This document shows positions 20,239 through 30,146 of a stretch of DNA of 64,000 bases, piece by piece; the stretch's first letter is position 1, and every line of letters starts with the position of its first letter. The DNA comes from Roseibacillus sp. (lineage in GTDB: Bacteria; Verrucomicrobiota; Verrucomicrobiia; Verrucomicrobiales; Akkermansiaceae): the NCBI GenBank assembly GCA_965242925.1, contig CBDEUM010000014.1, positions 256,001 through 320,000 of the forward strand, given 5' to 3'. The position numbers and the translations under genes were made by a program. The notes under the pieces are model-generated. The model made no database searches. It was given only the letters and a program-made list of their open reading frames with translations, and had not been told where the DNA came from.

Positions 20239-21465
20239 GTGAACTACTCAGAGGCTCTCGACTGGCTCTACTCTTCCCAGCTTTTCGGAATCAAGCTGGG
20301 CCTGGAGAATCCCAAGCGGCTCCTGCGTGAATACCTCGCGTATCCCCCGCGCAGGACCAGGGTCATTCACGTTGCGGGCACCAACGGCAAGGGATCGACC
20401 TGTGCGTTCATCGAGTCCGTGGCCCGTGCAACCGGAACCCGCACTGGGCTTTTCACTTCTCCTCATCTTGTCCGATACGGTGAACGCATCCGCGTCTCCG
20501 GCATCGAAATCAACGAGGAAGAAATCGCCTCCCATCTCACCGCCCTGCGGGAGTTGGTAGCGGAATGGGAGCAACACCCCACCTTCTTCGAACTGAGCCT
20601 CGCCCTTGCCATGAAATATTTTACCGAGCGTGCCTGCGAGCTGGTCATCCTGGAAACCGGGATGGGTGGACGCCTCGACGCCACCACCGCCGTCCCGGCC
20701 GATGTGGCGGTTCTCACTCCCATCGCGCTCGATCATCAGCAATGGCTGGGAGAAACCCTGGGCGAAATCGCGGCAGAAAAGGCTTCCATCATCGTTCCCG
20801 GGAAGAAGGTCTTCTCTTCCCCGCAACTCCCCGAGGCACGCCCCATCATCGAGCAGGTTGCCAACGAACGCCGCGCACCCCTTGAGTTTGTCGAGGAACC
20901 CCTCCACGGCTACGCCCTGGGCCTGCCCGGAGAACACCAGCACGAAAACGCGGCCCTGGCCCTGGCGGCTCTCCACTCCGTCGGCATCACCCTCAGCTAC
21001 GAAACGGTCAAGGCCGGACTGGGTTCCACCAGCTGGCCTGGCCGCTTCGAACGCCTCGATTCCGGGACCGGGGCCATCGCCTCCGGCCTCGTTCTGGATA
21101 TCGCTCACAACCCCGCGGCGGCCGCCGCCCTGGCCGCCAACTGGATACGCGAGTTTGGTGACCGCAAGGCCAACCTCATCTTCGGGGCGGTCGAATCCAA
21201 GGATATTACCGGCATCCTGCAAGCTCTTCTTCCCATTGTGGACCGGGTGCACTTCGTTCCTGTGAATTCGCCCCGGGCACTACCACCTGCCAAACTGGCC
21301 TCCCTGCTGCCCGCCAGTTCCCCGCCAGTCGAAATCCACCAGAATCTGCAATCCGCCCTCGATGTTTCCGCTGCTTTTCCCTCCCTGGTCACCGGGTCTG
21401 CCTTCCTCGTCGGGGAGGTGAAGGCCCTCCTGGATGATTCTTCTCACCGTCCGAGCACACAGTAG
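20239..21465 (+). CDS. folC: Folylpolyglutamate synthase/dihydrofolate synthase
   Basis: IHVAGTNGKGST, FTSPHL, LETGMGGRLDAT, WPGRFE, D.AHNP. Confidence 0.96.
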   Translation: MNYSEALDWLYSSQLFGIKLGLENPKRLLREYLAYPPRRTRVIHVAGTNGKGSTCAFIESVARATGTRTGLFTSPHLVRYGERIRVSGIEINEEEIASHLTALRELVAEWEQHPTFFELSLALAMKYFTERACELVILETGMGGRLDATTAVPADVAVLTPIALDHQQWLGETLGEIAAEKASIIVPGKKVFSSPQLPEARPIIEQVANERRAPLEFVEEPLHGYALGLPGEHQHENAALALAALHSVGITLSYETVKAGLGSTSWPGRFERLDSGTGAIASGLVLDIAHNPAAAAALAANWIREFGDRKANLIFGAVESKDITGILQALLPIVDRVHFVPVNSPRALPPAKLASLLPASSPPVEIHQNLQSALDVSAAFPSLVTGSAFLVGEVKALLDDSSHRPSTQ

Positions 21466-21529
21466 CGATCGCGACATTCCGATTCACAGTGATCTCCCTG
21501 CAGTATACAGAAAGCTTCTCCCTCCATCC

Positions 21530-22528
21530 ATGCGCGACCCGATCCCGCTCGAGACTGAGAACGGCCTCTACCTGACCGATCTCGAATTGTTCCTCGACTC
21601 ACGTCGTTCACGGGAGAACGGCTTCGTATCCCACGCCCACGCCGATCACTTCGGACGCCACGAGAACATTCTCTGTTCCGAACCCACTGCCCACCTCCTC
21701 AAGGCCCGCTACAACGTCGCCGACGAGCGTCTCAATCCCCATCCCTTCCATGAACCCCTGGAAGTGGGCCCGTTCCGCCTCCAACTCCTCCCCGCGGGCC
21801 ACATTTACGGGTCCGCCATGCTCCACGTGACCCGTAAGTCCGATGGAGAGTCGCTCCTCTATACGGGGGATTTCAAGGTTCACCGCAGCCTCACTGCCGA
21901 AGAACCCGTTTTCCGGCGGGCCGACACCCTCGTAATGGAAACCACCTTCGGAGCTCCCAAGTGGATCTTTCCCGGTGAGAACGAAATCACCGGAATGATT
22001 CTCAACTTCGTCAACCAAAGCCTGGAAGAAGGTGTTGTCCCCGCTCTCCTCGCCTACTCCCTGGGCAAGGCCCAGGAGGTCCAGGCCATTCTCACCCGGT
22101 CCGGGATCCCGGCTGTCTCCCATCCAGCAGTCGCAAAAATGACCACGGCCTGCCGGGAAGCTGGTTGCCGGCTTCCTGAGCCGCTCACCTTTGAGGGCCC
22201 TGTTCCGGTCGGACACGCCCTCATCTGTCCCCCCAATGTGATGCGCTCGGAAGAATACCAGTCCATCCCCAACCTCAGGACTGCAATCCTCTCCGGCTGG
22301 GCTCTGGATACCAACGCCACCTACCGCTTCGGCGTCGATGCCGCCTTTCCGCTATCCGACCACGCCGACTTCCCGGGGCTTCTCGATGCCGTTCGGCGAG
22401 TCAGCCCCAAGCGCATCGTCACCATCCACGGCTACACCAGGGAATTTTCCTCCGAACTACGCCGACAAAACTACGAAGCCTGGTCCGTCGACGGTGGCGA
22501 CCAGATGGAGCTTGATCTGCAACGCTAG
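21530..22528 (+). CDS. MBL-fold beta-CASP nuclease (ligase-associated DNA damage exonuclease-like)
   Basis: SHAHADH, PAGHIYGSAM, YTGDFK, METTFG, AYSLGKAQ, LSDHADF, HG. Confidence 0.88.
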   Translation: MRDPIPLETENGLYLTDLELFLDSRRSRENGFVSHAHADHFGRHENILCSEPTAHLLKARYNVADERLNPHPFHEPLEVGPFRLQLLPAGHIYGSAMLHVTRKSDGESLLYTGDFKVHRSLTAEEPVFRRADTLVMETTFGAPKWIFPGENEITGMILNFVNQSLEEGVVPALLAYSLGKAQEVQAILTRSGIPAVSHPAVAKMTTACREAGCRLPEPLTFEGPVPVGHALICPPNVMRSEEYQSIPNLRTAILSGWALDTNATYRFGVDAAFPLSDHADFPGLLDAVRRVSPKRIVTIHGYTREFSSELRRQNYEAWSVDGGDQMELDLQR

Positions 22529-22586
22529 CCTGCAGGTCCGCGTGGACAATGGCTGCCTGGTTGGCAGAAGGTCCGCCGCGATCGGA

Positions 22587-22748
22587 TCAACAATCCCTCT
22601 CCTCGCTCTGCGAACGGGGAATCACCCTGGGAGCAGGTGAAAGTCCGGAGGGGTTGCCCCCGAACACTCCCCGTCCCGCGAGATAACCCACGATCAGGCC
22701 CACCGCTACGCCGGCCAGCAACATCCAGATGGAATAGCGGGAAGTCAT
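22587..22748 (-). CDS. Small (53 aa) putative membrane protein, below the ORF-track cutoff
   Basis: MTSRYSIWMLLAGVAVGLIVGYLAGRGVFGGNPSG...; hydrophobic helix with GxxxG repeats; GGAGAG upstream. Confidence 0.45.
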   Translation of the reverse strand: MTSRYSIWMLLAGVAVGLIVGYLAGRGVFGGNPSGLSPAPRVIPRSQSEERDC

Positions 22749-22854
22749 CGACGGAGTCTAACTCTCCATCCCCGGGTGGTGCAACCGCGGGGCAGGGACG
22801 GTTTGCCCCTGCGATCCCTGCCCGGGGCTCTGCCTGGTCACACCATCACCACGC

Positions 22855-23640
22855 CTACTCTACAATGAAATACGGATTGAGCAGGTTCTCCTTATTGTAG
22901 GATAATGGTTCACGGGTCTCAGCATTGAGAACCTGCCTCCCCGCTGCGGTGGCCACCACCTGGGCGGCCCCCGTATCCCACTCCATTGTGGGACCAAAGC
23001 GCGGGTAAACGTCGGCCGTTCCCTCCGCCACCAGGCAGAGCTTCAGCGAGCTGCCCGCCGAGAGGAAGGCAACCTCCCTGCCCTGCCCCCGCAGCTCTTC
23101 TACGAAGGCCTCGACCTCGGGGGTAAGATGCGATCGACTGGCCACCACCTGCACCTGGTCCTTCTCCGAATAATGCGGACCACCCTCAAGAACCCGGGGA
23201 TGGCCACCCCCCTCGATCCGCCAAGCTCCGGCATTCTCCACCCCGAGATAAAGAATATCGTTCACCGGTCGGTAGACCACCCCGAGAACCGGACGGCCCT
23301 TCTCCACCAGCGCGATATTTACCGTGAACTCGCCGTTCTTCTTGATGAATTCCTTGGTGCCGTCAAGAGGGTCCACCAGCCAGAAACGATGCCAGTCACG
23401 CCGTTGCTCGTAAGCGATCTCCCTGTTTTCCTCGGAAATGACGGGCGTCCCCGCATGGCTCGAATCCAGGAAAGCCATGATAATCCGGTTGGCCGCCTTG
23501 TCCGCCTCGGTGAGCGGGGAATCGTCCCCTTTGTACTCGACCTCGAAGTCGCGTCCATACACCTCCAGGATCTTCGCTCCCGCCACCCGGGCCGTGTCCA
23601 TCAACGGCGCAATCGCCACCCCATGAGCTTCGTCAATCAC
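22855..23640 (-). CDS. cysQ: 3'(2'),5'-bisphosphate nucleotidase
   Basis: K.DDSPLTEAD, WLVDPLDGTKEFI, GSSLKLCLVAEG.AD.YPR.GPTMEWDTGA. Confidence 0.96.
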   Translation of the reverse strand: MIDEAHGVAIAPLMDTARVAGAKILEVYGRDFEVEYKGDDSPLTEADKAANRIIMAFLDSSHAGTPVISEENREIAYEQRRDWHRFWLVDPLDGTKEFIKKNGEFTVNIALVEKGRPVLGVVYRPVNDILYLGVENAGAWRIEGGGHPRVLEGGPHYSEKDQVQVVASRSHLTPEVEAFVEELRGQGREVAFLSAGSSLKLCLVAEGTADVYPRFGPTMEWDTGAAQVVATAAGRQVLNAETREPLSYNKENLLNPYFIVE

Positions 23641-23681
23641 GATCTCTGATCCTCAATTGACCAATTGCCGCGCCGAAGGCC

Positions 23682-24854
23682 CTAGTGCGCACGGCAGAAT
23701 TCCTCGAAGCGCGTGATGCCTTCATTGAGCACATCAAGAGTGGTGCAGTAACTCAGACGCACCGCAGCATCATGCCCAAAGGCGATCCCCGGTACCGCTG
23801 CAACCTTGTAGCGCGTCAGCAGTTTGTCGCAGAGATTCTGTGATTTGAGCCCGAGCGGGGTGCAGTTGACGAAGAAGTAGAAGGCTCCGCCGGGATTGTG
23901 TACGCTCACATTGGGAATCGTGCTCAGGCGGGCATGGACGAACTGCCGGCGCACGTCGTACTCGTTGCGCATGTCCTCCACGAAATCCTGCGGTCCGCTC
24001 AGGGCGGCCAGCGCGCCGTATTGGGCAAAGGTGGTGGCATTGGATGTCGTGTGACTTTGAATCTTGGAGATGGCCGTGGCCAGCTCAGGCGGAGCAGCGG
24101 TGTAGCCCAATCGCCAACCGGTCATGGAATAGGCCTTGGCAAAGCCGTGGCAGATCACGGTGAGTCCCTTCAGTTCCTCGCTGATGGAAGCGATGCTCAC
24201 ATGCTTCTGCCCATCGTAGATGAGCTTCTCGTAAATTTCATCGGAGAGGATGACAATATCCTCGTAGGAGGCCACTTCCCCGATGGCCCGGAGTTCCTCC
24301 TCGGTATAAACCGCCCCGGTGGGATTGCCCGGGGAATTGATGATGACCATCTTGGTTCTAGGCGTCATGGCCTCCTCGAACTGCTCGGCGGTCATCTTCC
24401 ATCCGTTCTCCTCGGTGGTCTCCACGATGACCGGCTCCGCCCCGCAGAGACGTACCATCTCAGGATAGCTCACCCAGTAGGGGCCGGGGATGATCACCTC
24501 GTCCCCCTCATCGCACATCGCCATGATGGCATTCATGCAGGCCTGCTTGCCCCCCGAGGTGACGCAAATCTGCTTCGGCTCATATTCCAGACCGTTGTCA
24601 TCGAGGAGTTTCCCCGCAATGGCCTCGCGCAACTCGGGAATACCAGCTGCCGGGGTATACTTGGTCTTACCCTCCTGAAGAGCCTTGATCGCCGCCGCCT
24701 TAATGTGGTCGGGGGTATCCATATCCGGCTCACCGCCGGCGAGACCGTAGACTTCATCACCCTGTGCCCGCAGGGCCTTGGCCTGATTGGTGACCGCCAG
24801 GGTAAGCGAGGGAGTGACTCCTTGAACGCGTAAAGAAAGAGAATCTGGATCCAT
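23682..24854 (-). CDS. aspC: Class I PLP-dependent aminotransferase (aspartate aminotransferase-like)
   Basis: GEPD, YTPAAGI.ELR, NSPGNPTG, SDEIYE, AKAYSMTGWRLGY. Confidence 0.88.
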   Translation of the reverse strand: MDPDSLSLRVQGVTPSLTLAVTNQAKALRAQGDEVYGLAGGEPDMDTPDHIKAAAIKALQEGKTKYTPAAGIPELREAIAGKLLDDNGLEYEPKQICVTSGGKQACMNAIMAMCDEGDEVIIPGPYWVSYPEMVRLCGAEPVIVETTEENGWKMTAEQFEEAMTPRTKMVIINSPGNPTGAVYTEEELRAIGEVASYEDIVILSDEIYEKLIYDGQKHVSIASISEELKGLTVICHGFAKAYSMTGWRLGYTAAPPELATAISKIQSHTTSNATTFAQYGALAALSGPQDFVEDMRNEYDVRRQFVHARLSTIPNVSVHNPGGAFYFFVNCTPLGLKSQNLCDKLLTRYKVAAVPGIAFGHDAAVRLSYCTTLDVLNEGITRFEEFCRAH

Positions 24855-24995
24855 CTGAGAGAATATGTGTCTGAGATTGCCCCCCAAGAGGCGGAGTCAC
24901 GGACGCTGGGCGAACACACACTCCCCTCTGGAGCGGGGGCAGTTCATAGCGCTGCTCCTCACGGATGCAAGCGGAATTCAGAAATTCAGCCCTGC

Positions 24996-27971
24996 CTACG
25001 GCGCTCGGCCATACTTCTCCCTGTGCAGAGCCCGAGCCCGCTTCTGCCAGCCATCACGCCGGATGCGCCCCCCCAGCTTGAGTTCCTCGCTGATCGCCCT
25101 GACCTGTGGCGCTCGCCATTTCACCACCTGCCGATAGGTATAAATGCCGATCTCGTGGAGGCGACGGCAAATGGACTCCCCGACCCCATGGAGACCGGTC
25201 AGATCATCAACTTCGGCAGGAGCCTTGCGGTAAATCGGACCAAACCGGGGATTCTCAACCAGATTCCCCCGACCCCCGGACGGCAGTTTGACCACCGGCT
25301 CAGGCGCGGCCTTCAGGCGCACCGGCTTTGTCGACCGCTTCACTGGCCGTTTGGTCGAGGAGAGTTCCGCGCGCAACTCTCTGGCTGCCGCGGCACTCCG
25401 CTTTTCTTTCTTTTTCGCCACCTCCAATTCCGCCCGCAGGGCCTCCTCTATTTCCGTGTGCGTGCGGCCGGCAACCTCCTGCGCTTCTCCCCGAGCTTCT
25501 GCGACAGCCTCTCGAATAGCTTCGTCCCGCCCGGTTCTGAGAGCTTCCATCTCCTCGGCGAGGAGGCGTTGCGTCTCATCTGAGACCGCGGAAGCCGTTT
25601 TGAGCGACTCCAGTTTATCCGCGAGGGACTTATGCTCCTCCAGCGACCTGGTGAGATTCATCTGCGCGCGCCCGAGGCGTTCCTCGGTTGAAAGCAACCG
25701 ACCCTGCAGCTTGTCGAAGGCTTCGATCTTCTGTTCGGCCTCCACCAGCTCGCTACGCAATCCGTGCATCTCCCTGCGGAGCACGAGAGCGGCATCTTCC
25801 ACCTGCTGCCTCTCATGCTGCTGGTCTTCCAGTTCGTGCAGGAGCCGGTCCTTCTCAACCTTCATCTGCCTGACAACCACCTCAGCCTTGCTATCACCCG
25901 AGAGAACGGCCATGTGTTGATGGAGTTCTTTCTTTTCTTCACGGAGACGATGTAATTCCTCGGCCCACTTCGTCTCGGACACCTTGCGCCGTTCCAGTTC
26001 CTGGTGTTCGTGGTCGTACTCCTGCCGGGCCAGGTCAACGTCCACCCTGGCTTGTTCCGTCTCAAGGCGGGCGACCGTGACCTGTTCCTCCAGACCGGCC
26101 TTGGTTCCGGACAGCTCTTCCAGTTCGCCACTGGTTTTCGTGACACACTCCTCCAGTTCGCCCACCCGGGATTCAAGACTCTCCTTCTCCTCCTTCATCT
26201 CCTTCAGCACCCGCTCCCCCTCGCTGCGTTCCTCACGCAGTGAGACAAGCCCGCTCTCGAGTTTTTCCTTCTCGTCCAGCACCTCGTGCAGCCTGGATTC
26301 CGTTTTCCCCGCATCCGTCTGAGCGGTCACAAGGGCTCGTTCCAGATCCGACCGCTCTCCGGCCACATCGGCCAGCTCCCGCTCACCCTCCTCCTTTTCC
26401 TGCCGAATGACTCCCAACTGCTTTTCAAGCTCCGCCCTCCTGCCTCGCAATTCCTCCAGCTCCGCAGACGTCTTTTCCTGTTCATCACTCCGGAGCTTGA
26501 TCTCCTGCTCCAGCCTGCCGGACAGCTCGTCTTGCTTTTCCTGCAACCCCGTCAATTCCACCAGCTTTTCATCGCGCTCGCATGCCACGCCCGTCATCTG
26601 TTCCTCGATTACCGCCCGTTCCCCTTGGACCTCTTCGAGTTCCCTGGTGAGCTGTTCCCCCTTTTCCTTCTGGCTCTCCGCCTCGTCCCTGAGACGGGCC
26701 GTCATCTCCTGGTGTTGCCCCCTGAGGTCCTTCAGCTCCTCAATACGTTGATCGCCCTCCTCCCCAGCTGCTTCAAGTTGATCCTCCAGTCCGGATCGTG
26801 CGCGGTGCAGTTGCGCCAGCTCCTTCTCCAGATTTTCCCTCTCGTCCATGCGACCCTTCTCCGCCGACGCCAGCTCCGCCATCAGGGTTTCACGTTCCTT
26901 CTGCAGGGAGGCCAGTTCCCGAACCTTCTCGTCGCGCTCCCCTTCGACAGTCTGTAACGACTCCCTGAGTTTTCCCCTTGCCTCCCGCTCGGCAGCGAGA
27001 TCCTTTTCCAATCTCTCTCCCTCCTGCCTGCGACCCTTCACTTCGAACTGCAGCTTGCTACCCAGTTCATCCCGCTCCTTTCTCAGGGCCGCCAGCTCCG
27101 CCAGCTTCTCGTCGCGCTCCTTGCTGATCTCGCTGAGTTTTCTCTCCACTTCCTTCCTGACCCTGCGGAGTTCTCCAAGCTCCTTCCCTGTTTCCCGGGC
27201 CTCGGCCTTCTTCTCAGCGAGCTCGGATTCCGCCTTCATCCGGGATGCGGCCAGTTCATCTGCTTCCGACACCTTGCTTTGCAGTCGCCGATCAAGGTCT
27301 CTCACCTTCTTTTCAAGGCCGCTCACCACGCGCCTGCCGGCCTTCTCCTGAACCGCCAGCTTCTTTTGCAGGTCACGCTCGGTGGTCGCCAGTTTCTTCT
27401 CCAGTTCCCGTTTCTCCACCTTGAGCTTCTTCTGATGCGCCTTGTTTTCCGACGATGAAGGCCCGGACAGCCTGCCCCCCTCCTTGCCAGATTTCTTCCC
27501 CTCTTCTCCTGCACGGCCACCCGCCGTCAGCTTCCTTTCCAGCTCCTCCTTCGCCACGTTGAGTTTCACGAGATCCCCGGCCAGGCTCTCCTTCTCCTTG
27601 GCCAGATCCGCGAGGCTGGCCTCGGCCTCCTCCCGCTCCTTGCGGGCAGCTTTCAGGATCTTCTCCAGTTCCTCGTTGTCCCGACGCAAGGCCGTCATTG
27701 TCCCTTCCCCCGCCGGAAGCGCCGGAACGGTTCCTCCCTCTTCTGCGGTCTCCTGGTAGAGCTTGAGCTGCTCCCGTTCCCTGCTTAGCGCTATCTCGAC
27801 CTCATGAGCCACCCGCTCAGCCTGCTCGAGGCGTTGCCGCGATTCCATCGCACCTGCCCGGTGCTTTCCCCAGGCAATCCAGCCGTAGGCGACTCCCAGC
27901 AAGGCAGCCGGCACGACCAGAAACAGGCTGTAGAGGCCATAATTGACGAGGAAGTATGTAATCGCGTCCAT
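24996..27971 (-). CDS. Membrane-anchored long coiled-coil protein with C-terminal helix-hairpin-helix domain
   Basis: N-terminal TM (LFLVVPAALLGVAYGWIAWG), ~800 aa E/K/R/L heptads, C-terminal DDLT.L.GVG....RLHEIGIYTY.QV..W...RDGW. Confidence 0.85.
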   Translation of the reverse strand: MDAITYFLVNYGLYSLFLVVPAALLGVAYGWIAWGKHRAGAMESRQRLEQAERVAHEVEIALSREREQLKLYQETAEEGGTVPALPAGEGTMTALRRDNEELEKILKAARKEREEAEASLADLAKEKESLAGDLVKLNVAKEELERKLTAGGRAGEEGKKSGKEGGRLSGPSSSENKAHQKKLKVEKRELEKKLATTERDLQKKLAVQEKAGRRVVSGLEKKVRDLDRRLQSKVSEADELAASRMKAESELAEKKAEARETGKELGELRRVRKEVERKLSEISKERDEKLAELAALRKERDELGSKLQFEVKGRRQEGERLEKDLAAEREARGKLRESLQTVEGERDEKVRELASLQKERETLMAELASAEKGRMDERENLEKELAQLHRARSGLEDQLEAAGEEGDQRIEELKDLRGQHQEMTARLRDEAESQKEKGEQLTRELEEVQGERAVIEEQMTGVACERDEKLVELTGLQEKQDELSGRLEQEIKLRSDEQEKTSAELEELRGRRAELEKQLGVIRQEKEEGERELADVAGERSDLERALVTAQTDAGKTESRLHEVLDEKEKLESGLVSLREERSEGERVLKEMKEEKESLESRVGELEECVTKTSGELEELSGTKAGLEEQVTVARLETEQARVDVDLARQEYDHEHQELERRKVSETKWAEELHRLREEKKELHQHMAVLSGDSKAEVVVRQMKVEKDRLLHELEDQQHERQQVEDAALVLRREMHGLRSELVEAEQKIEAFDKLQGRLLSTEERLGRAQMNLTRSLEEHKSLADKLESLKTASAVSDETQRLLAEEMEALRTGRDEAIREAVAEARGEAQEVAGRTHTEIEEALRAELEVAKKKEKRSAAAARELRAELSSTKRPVKRSTKPVRLKAAPEPVVKLPSGGRGNLVENPRFGPIYRKAPAEVDDLTGLHGVGESICRRLHEIGIYTYRQVVKWRAPQVRAISEELKLGGRIRRDGWQKRARALHREKYGRAP

Positions 27972-27998
27972 CCGGATATCCTGCCCTTCGCTCTCCCT

Positions 27999-29054
27999 CT
28001 ACTTCACCACGATCTCCACCTGGTTGTCGCGGGCTCCCTCCGGGGCAACACTGAAGGGAACAATCTCAATCTGCCCGGCCGCCACGCCGTGATCCACCAG
28101 AATCTTCACCACGACCTCTGCCCGGAGGCGGGCCAACTGGCTGTTCACAGTCGCGTTCCCATCACGCGCCGGATGCCCTCCTACCGCGTAGCGGGCTCTT
28201 TCCCCCGCCGTGATAATGGCCCTGGCTGCCAGGATGACCTTATCCCGATCCACACTCAGGAGCTGTTCGCTCCCGGGACGGAAGGTCACCACGTTTGCGT
28301 TCAGCTGCCGCCGCAACTGCTCAAGGACTGCCTCGTCGGTCAGCGAGAGCGGCTGGTAACCTGGAAAGTGAAAGGCCGAGGGCCGGAGGTTGAAATCGTC
28401 GAAGACCATGTCCTTGGATACCACCTCACTCGCCTTGGAGAGCCAGTCGCTCCGGAGTCCGGCGGTGGCATCACCGTGCATGGTCAAACCTCCCATCTGC
28501 AGCTTCACACTGCGGTCACCCTGCTCCCGGAAGTAGTAGAGGAGGAACTCCCCCCAATCCCCGACTCCCCCGGGATCTTCCACTATCTCCCGCCGTTTCA
28601 GCCCCTCGTCCCATTCCTCCATCATCTCCAGAGGATCGGGAAGACGCACAGCCAGGGCCTCGGAAACAACCCCCGTCGCAGTGAAACGCTCTCCCCTCCT
28701 CTCGATGCGTAACCACCCATAGGTGTGGAGTCGCTTCCCCTTCCCGGTCATGCGCACCCCCGACAAGGCATCGACGCCGGCAATCACTCGTGCACGCTGT
28801 TCATTAGATTCAACTCTCCCGGAGATCACGGCATCAAGATAATCGAGATGAACGACCGGATCGACGACTCCCTCCGCCTTCAGAACCTCCTTCACCTGAG
28901 CCTCCAGCCCGGGCTTCAGATGGTTGAGAAAGTGCTGCCTATGGAAGTAGCCGATGCTGGGAATCAGCAGCACGATTGCCAACACCACAAACCCCTTCAC
29001 GGCGGGCATGGTCGACGAGGGACGGGCTGGCGACAAAAGAAAAATTCGAATCAC
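27999..29054 (-). CDS. BON + OmpA-like domain membrane protein (ArfA/Rv0899-like architecture)
   Basis: N-terminal TM; BON-like DAVISGRV....R..V...V..LSGVR; OmpA-like F..GS..L, N..LA..RA..V...L...GV; start may be 29009. Confidence 0.75.
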   Translation of the reverse strand: MIRIFLLSPARPSSTMPAVKGFVVLAIVLLIPSIGYFHRQHFLNHLKPGLEAQVKEVLKAEGVVDPVVHLDYLDAVISGRVESNEQRARVIAGVDALSGVRMTGKGKRLHTYGWLRIERRGERFTATGVVSEALAVRLPDPLEMMEEWDEGLKRREIVEDPGGVGDWGEFLLYYFREQGDRSVKLQMGGLTMHGDATAGLRSDWLSKASEVVSKDMVFDDFNLRPSAFHFPGYQPLSLTDEAVLEQLRRQLNANVVTFRPGSEQLLSVDRDKVILAARAIITAGERARYAVGGHPARDGNATVNSQLARLRAEVVVKILVDHGVAAGQIEIVPFSVAPEGARDNQVEIVVK

Positions 29055-29133
29055 TCGCCCCCAGCTCCATCGAAAGGGTCCTGATTCCAGGCTGCAAGCC
29101 TGCCCTGAAGTCCTCCCGGACCGGATTCCGGAG

Positions 29134-29973
29134 CTAATCCACCCCGCCTTTCGCCGAGACCCACTTCCCCTTCTTCTTCACGATCTCGAAGGCCAGGCCG
29201 GCTGTCCGGGCAGCTTCTTCGGTCTCTGTCCACTGTTCACGCAGGACCCCCGAAAGGATGAAGGCGCTTCCCGGCCCGAGCGTCCGGCGGATCTTTCCGA
29301 AGGAGGCCTGCAACACATCGGCGAAGAGATTGGCCACCACAACTTCATACTGCCGTTCGACACGCCACTCACGCAGATCCGCCTCCTCCACCCGCACCTC
29401 CTGCGCCCCGTTACGCTCCACATTGTGACGCGCGATTTCCACCGCTTTCCGATCAAAATCAAGCGCCTCGCACTCCTCCGCCCCGAGCAGATTGGCCGCA
29501 ATGGCAAGCACCCCACTTCCGCAACCGAGGTCCAGCACCCGCCAGCGTCCTCCCTTCCGCGCCCTGGCCTCATCGGCCAGAAAACGCAGACACGCGGCCG
29601 TCGTGGGATGATCTCCCGTGCCAAAGGCCATCTCGGGTGGAATACTCACCACCACCCGCCCCTCGTTGAGCAGCAACAGTTCACGCAGCTTCGAGGGCGT
29701 CACTTCCGCAGTCAGGAGGAGGCTATCACGGATCTTGATGGGCGGACCGGGAACAGCCGAAAAAGCCGCCCAGTTTCTATCCGCCACTTCCTTGACCGAA
29801 CCGCCGAACTGCGCCGCGATATCCACCGCCTCTCCTTCTTCCTCACAATAGACATCGACCCGCACCGACCTGCCGCCCTTGAGCCGGGTCAACACTGCAT
29901 TCCGATTCCCGTAAAAGCGCTCCTCCCAGGCATCCTCCCATTTCAACGCCGCCAGTTTCGACCAGACCCACAT
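29134..29973 (-). CDS. prmA: Ribosomal protein L11 methyltransferase
   Basis: MAFGTGDHPTT, VLDLGCGSGVLAIAA, VVANL, ILSGV. Confidence 0.92.
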   Translation of the reverse strand: MWVWSKLAALKWEDAWEERFYGNRNAVLTRLKGGRSVRVDVYCEEEGEAVDIAAQFGGSVKEVADRNWAAFSAVPGPPIKIRDSLLLTAEVTPSKLRELLLLNEGRVVVSIPPEMAFGTGDHPTTAACLRFLADEARARKGGRWRVLDLGCGSGVLAIAANLLGAEECEALDFDRKAVEIARHNVERNGAQEVRVEEADLREWRVERQYEVVVANLFADVLQASFGKIRRTLGPGSAFILSGVLREQWTETEEAARTAGLAFEIVKKKGKWVSAKGGVD

Positions 29974-30146
29974 GGAACCTTCATCCAATCAAATTTGGAT
30001 GGAATGGAGAGTAAAAAAGCCGTGGTCCCTGAAACGCTCCGGCCAGGAAACCGCATCATTTTGGCCCATTGCTGATCCGCTCCCGGCTTGGGATCCAAGG
30101 CCCTCCATTGTCCAGGCCCCCTGCCTGTCCAGGCGCCCGTCGGTGT

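Noticed and set aside
22639..22648. GAAAGTCCGG resembling the RNase P RNA P4 motif
   Set aside because: Preceded by GT rather than GAG; the other conserved RNase P regions, including the 3' AGAACCCGGCTTA, are absent
24996..27971. SMC or phage tape-measure call for the coiled-coil protein
   Set aside because: No Walker A/B or hinge motifs and no phage genes nearby
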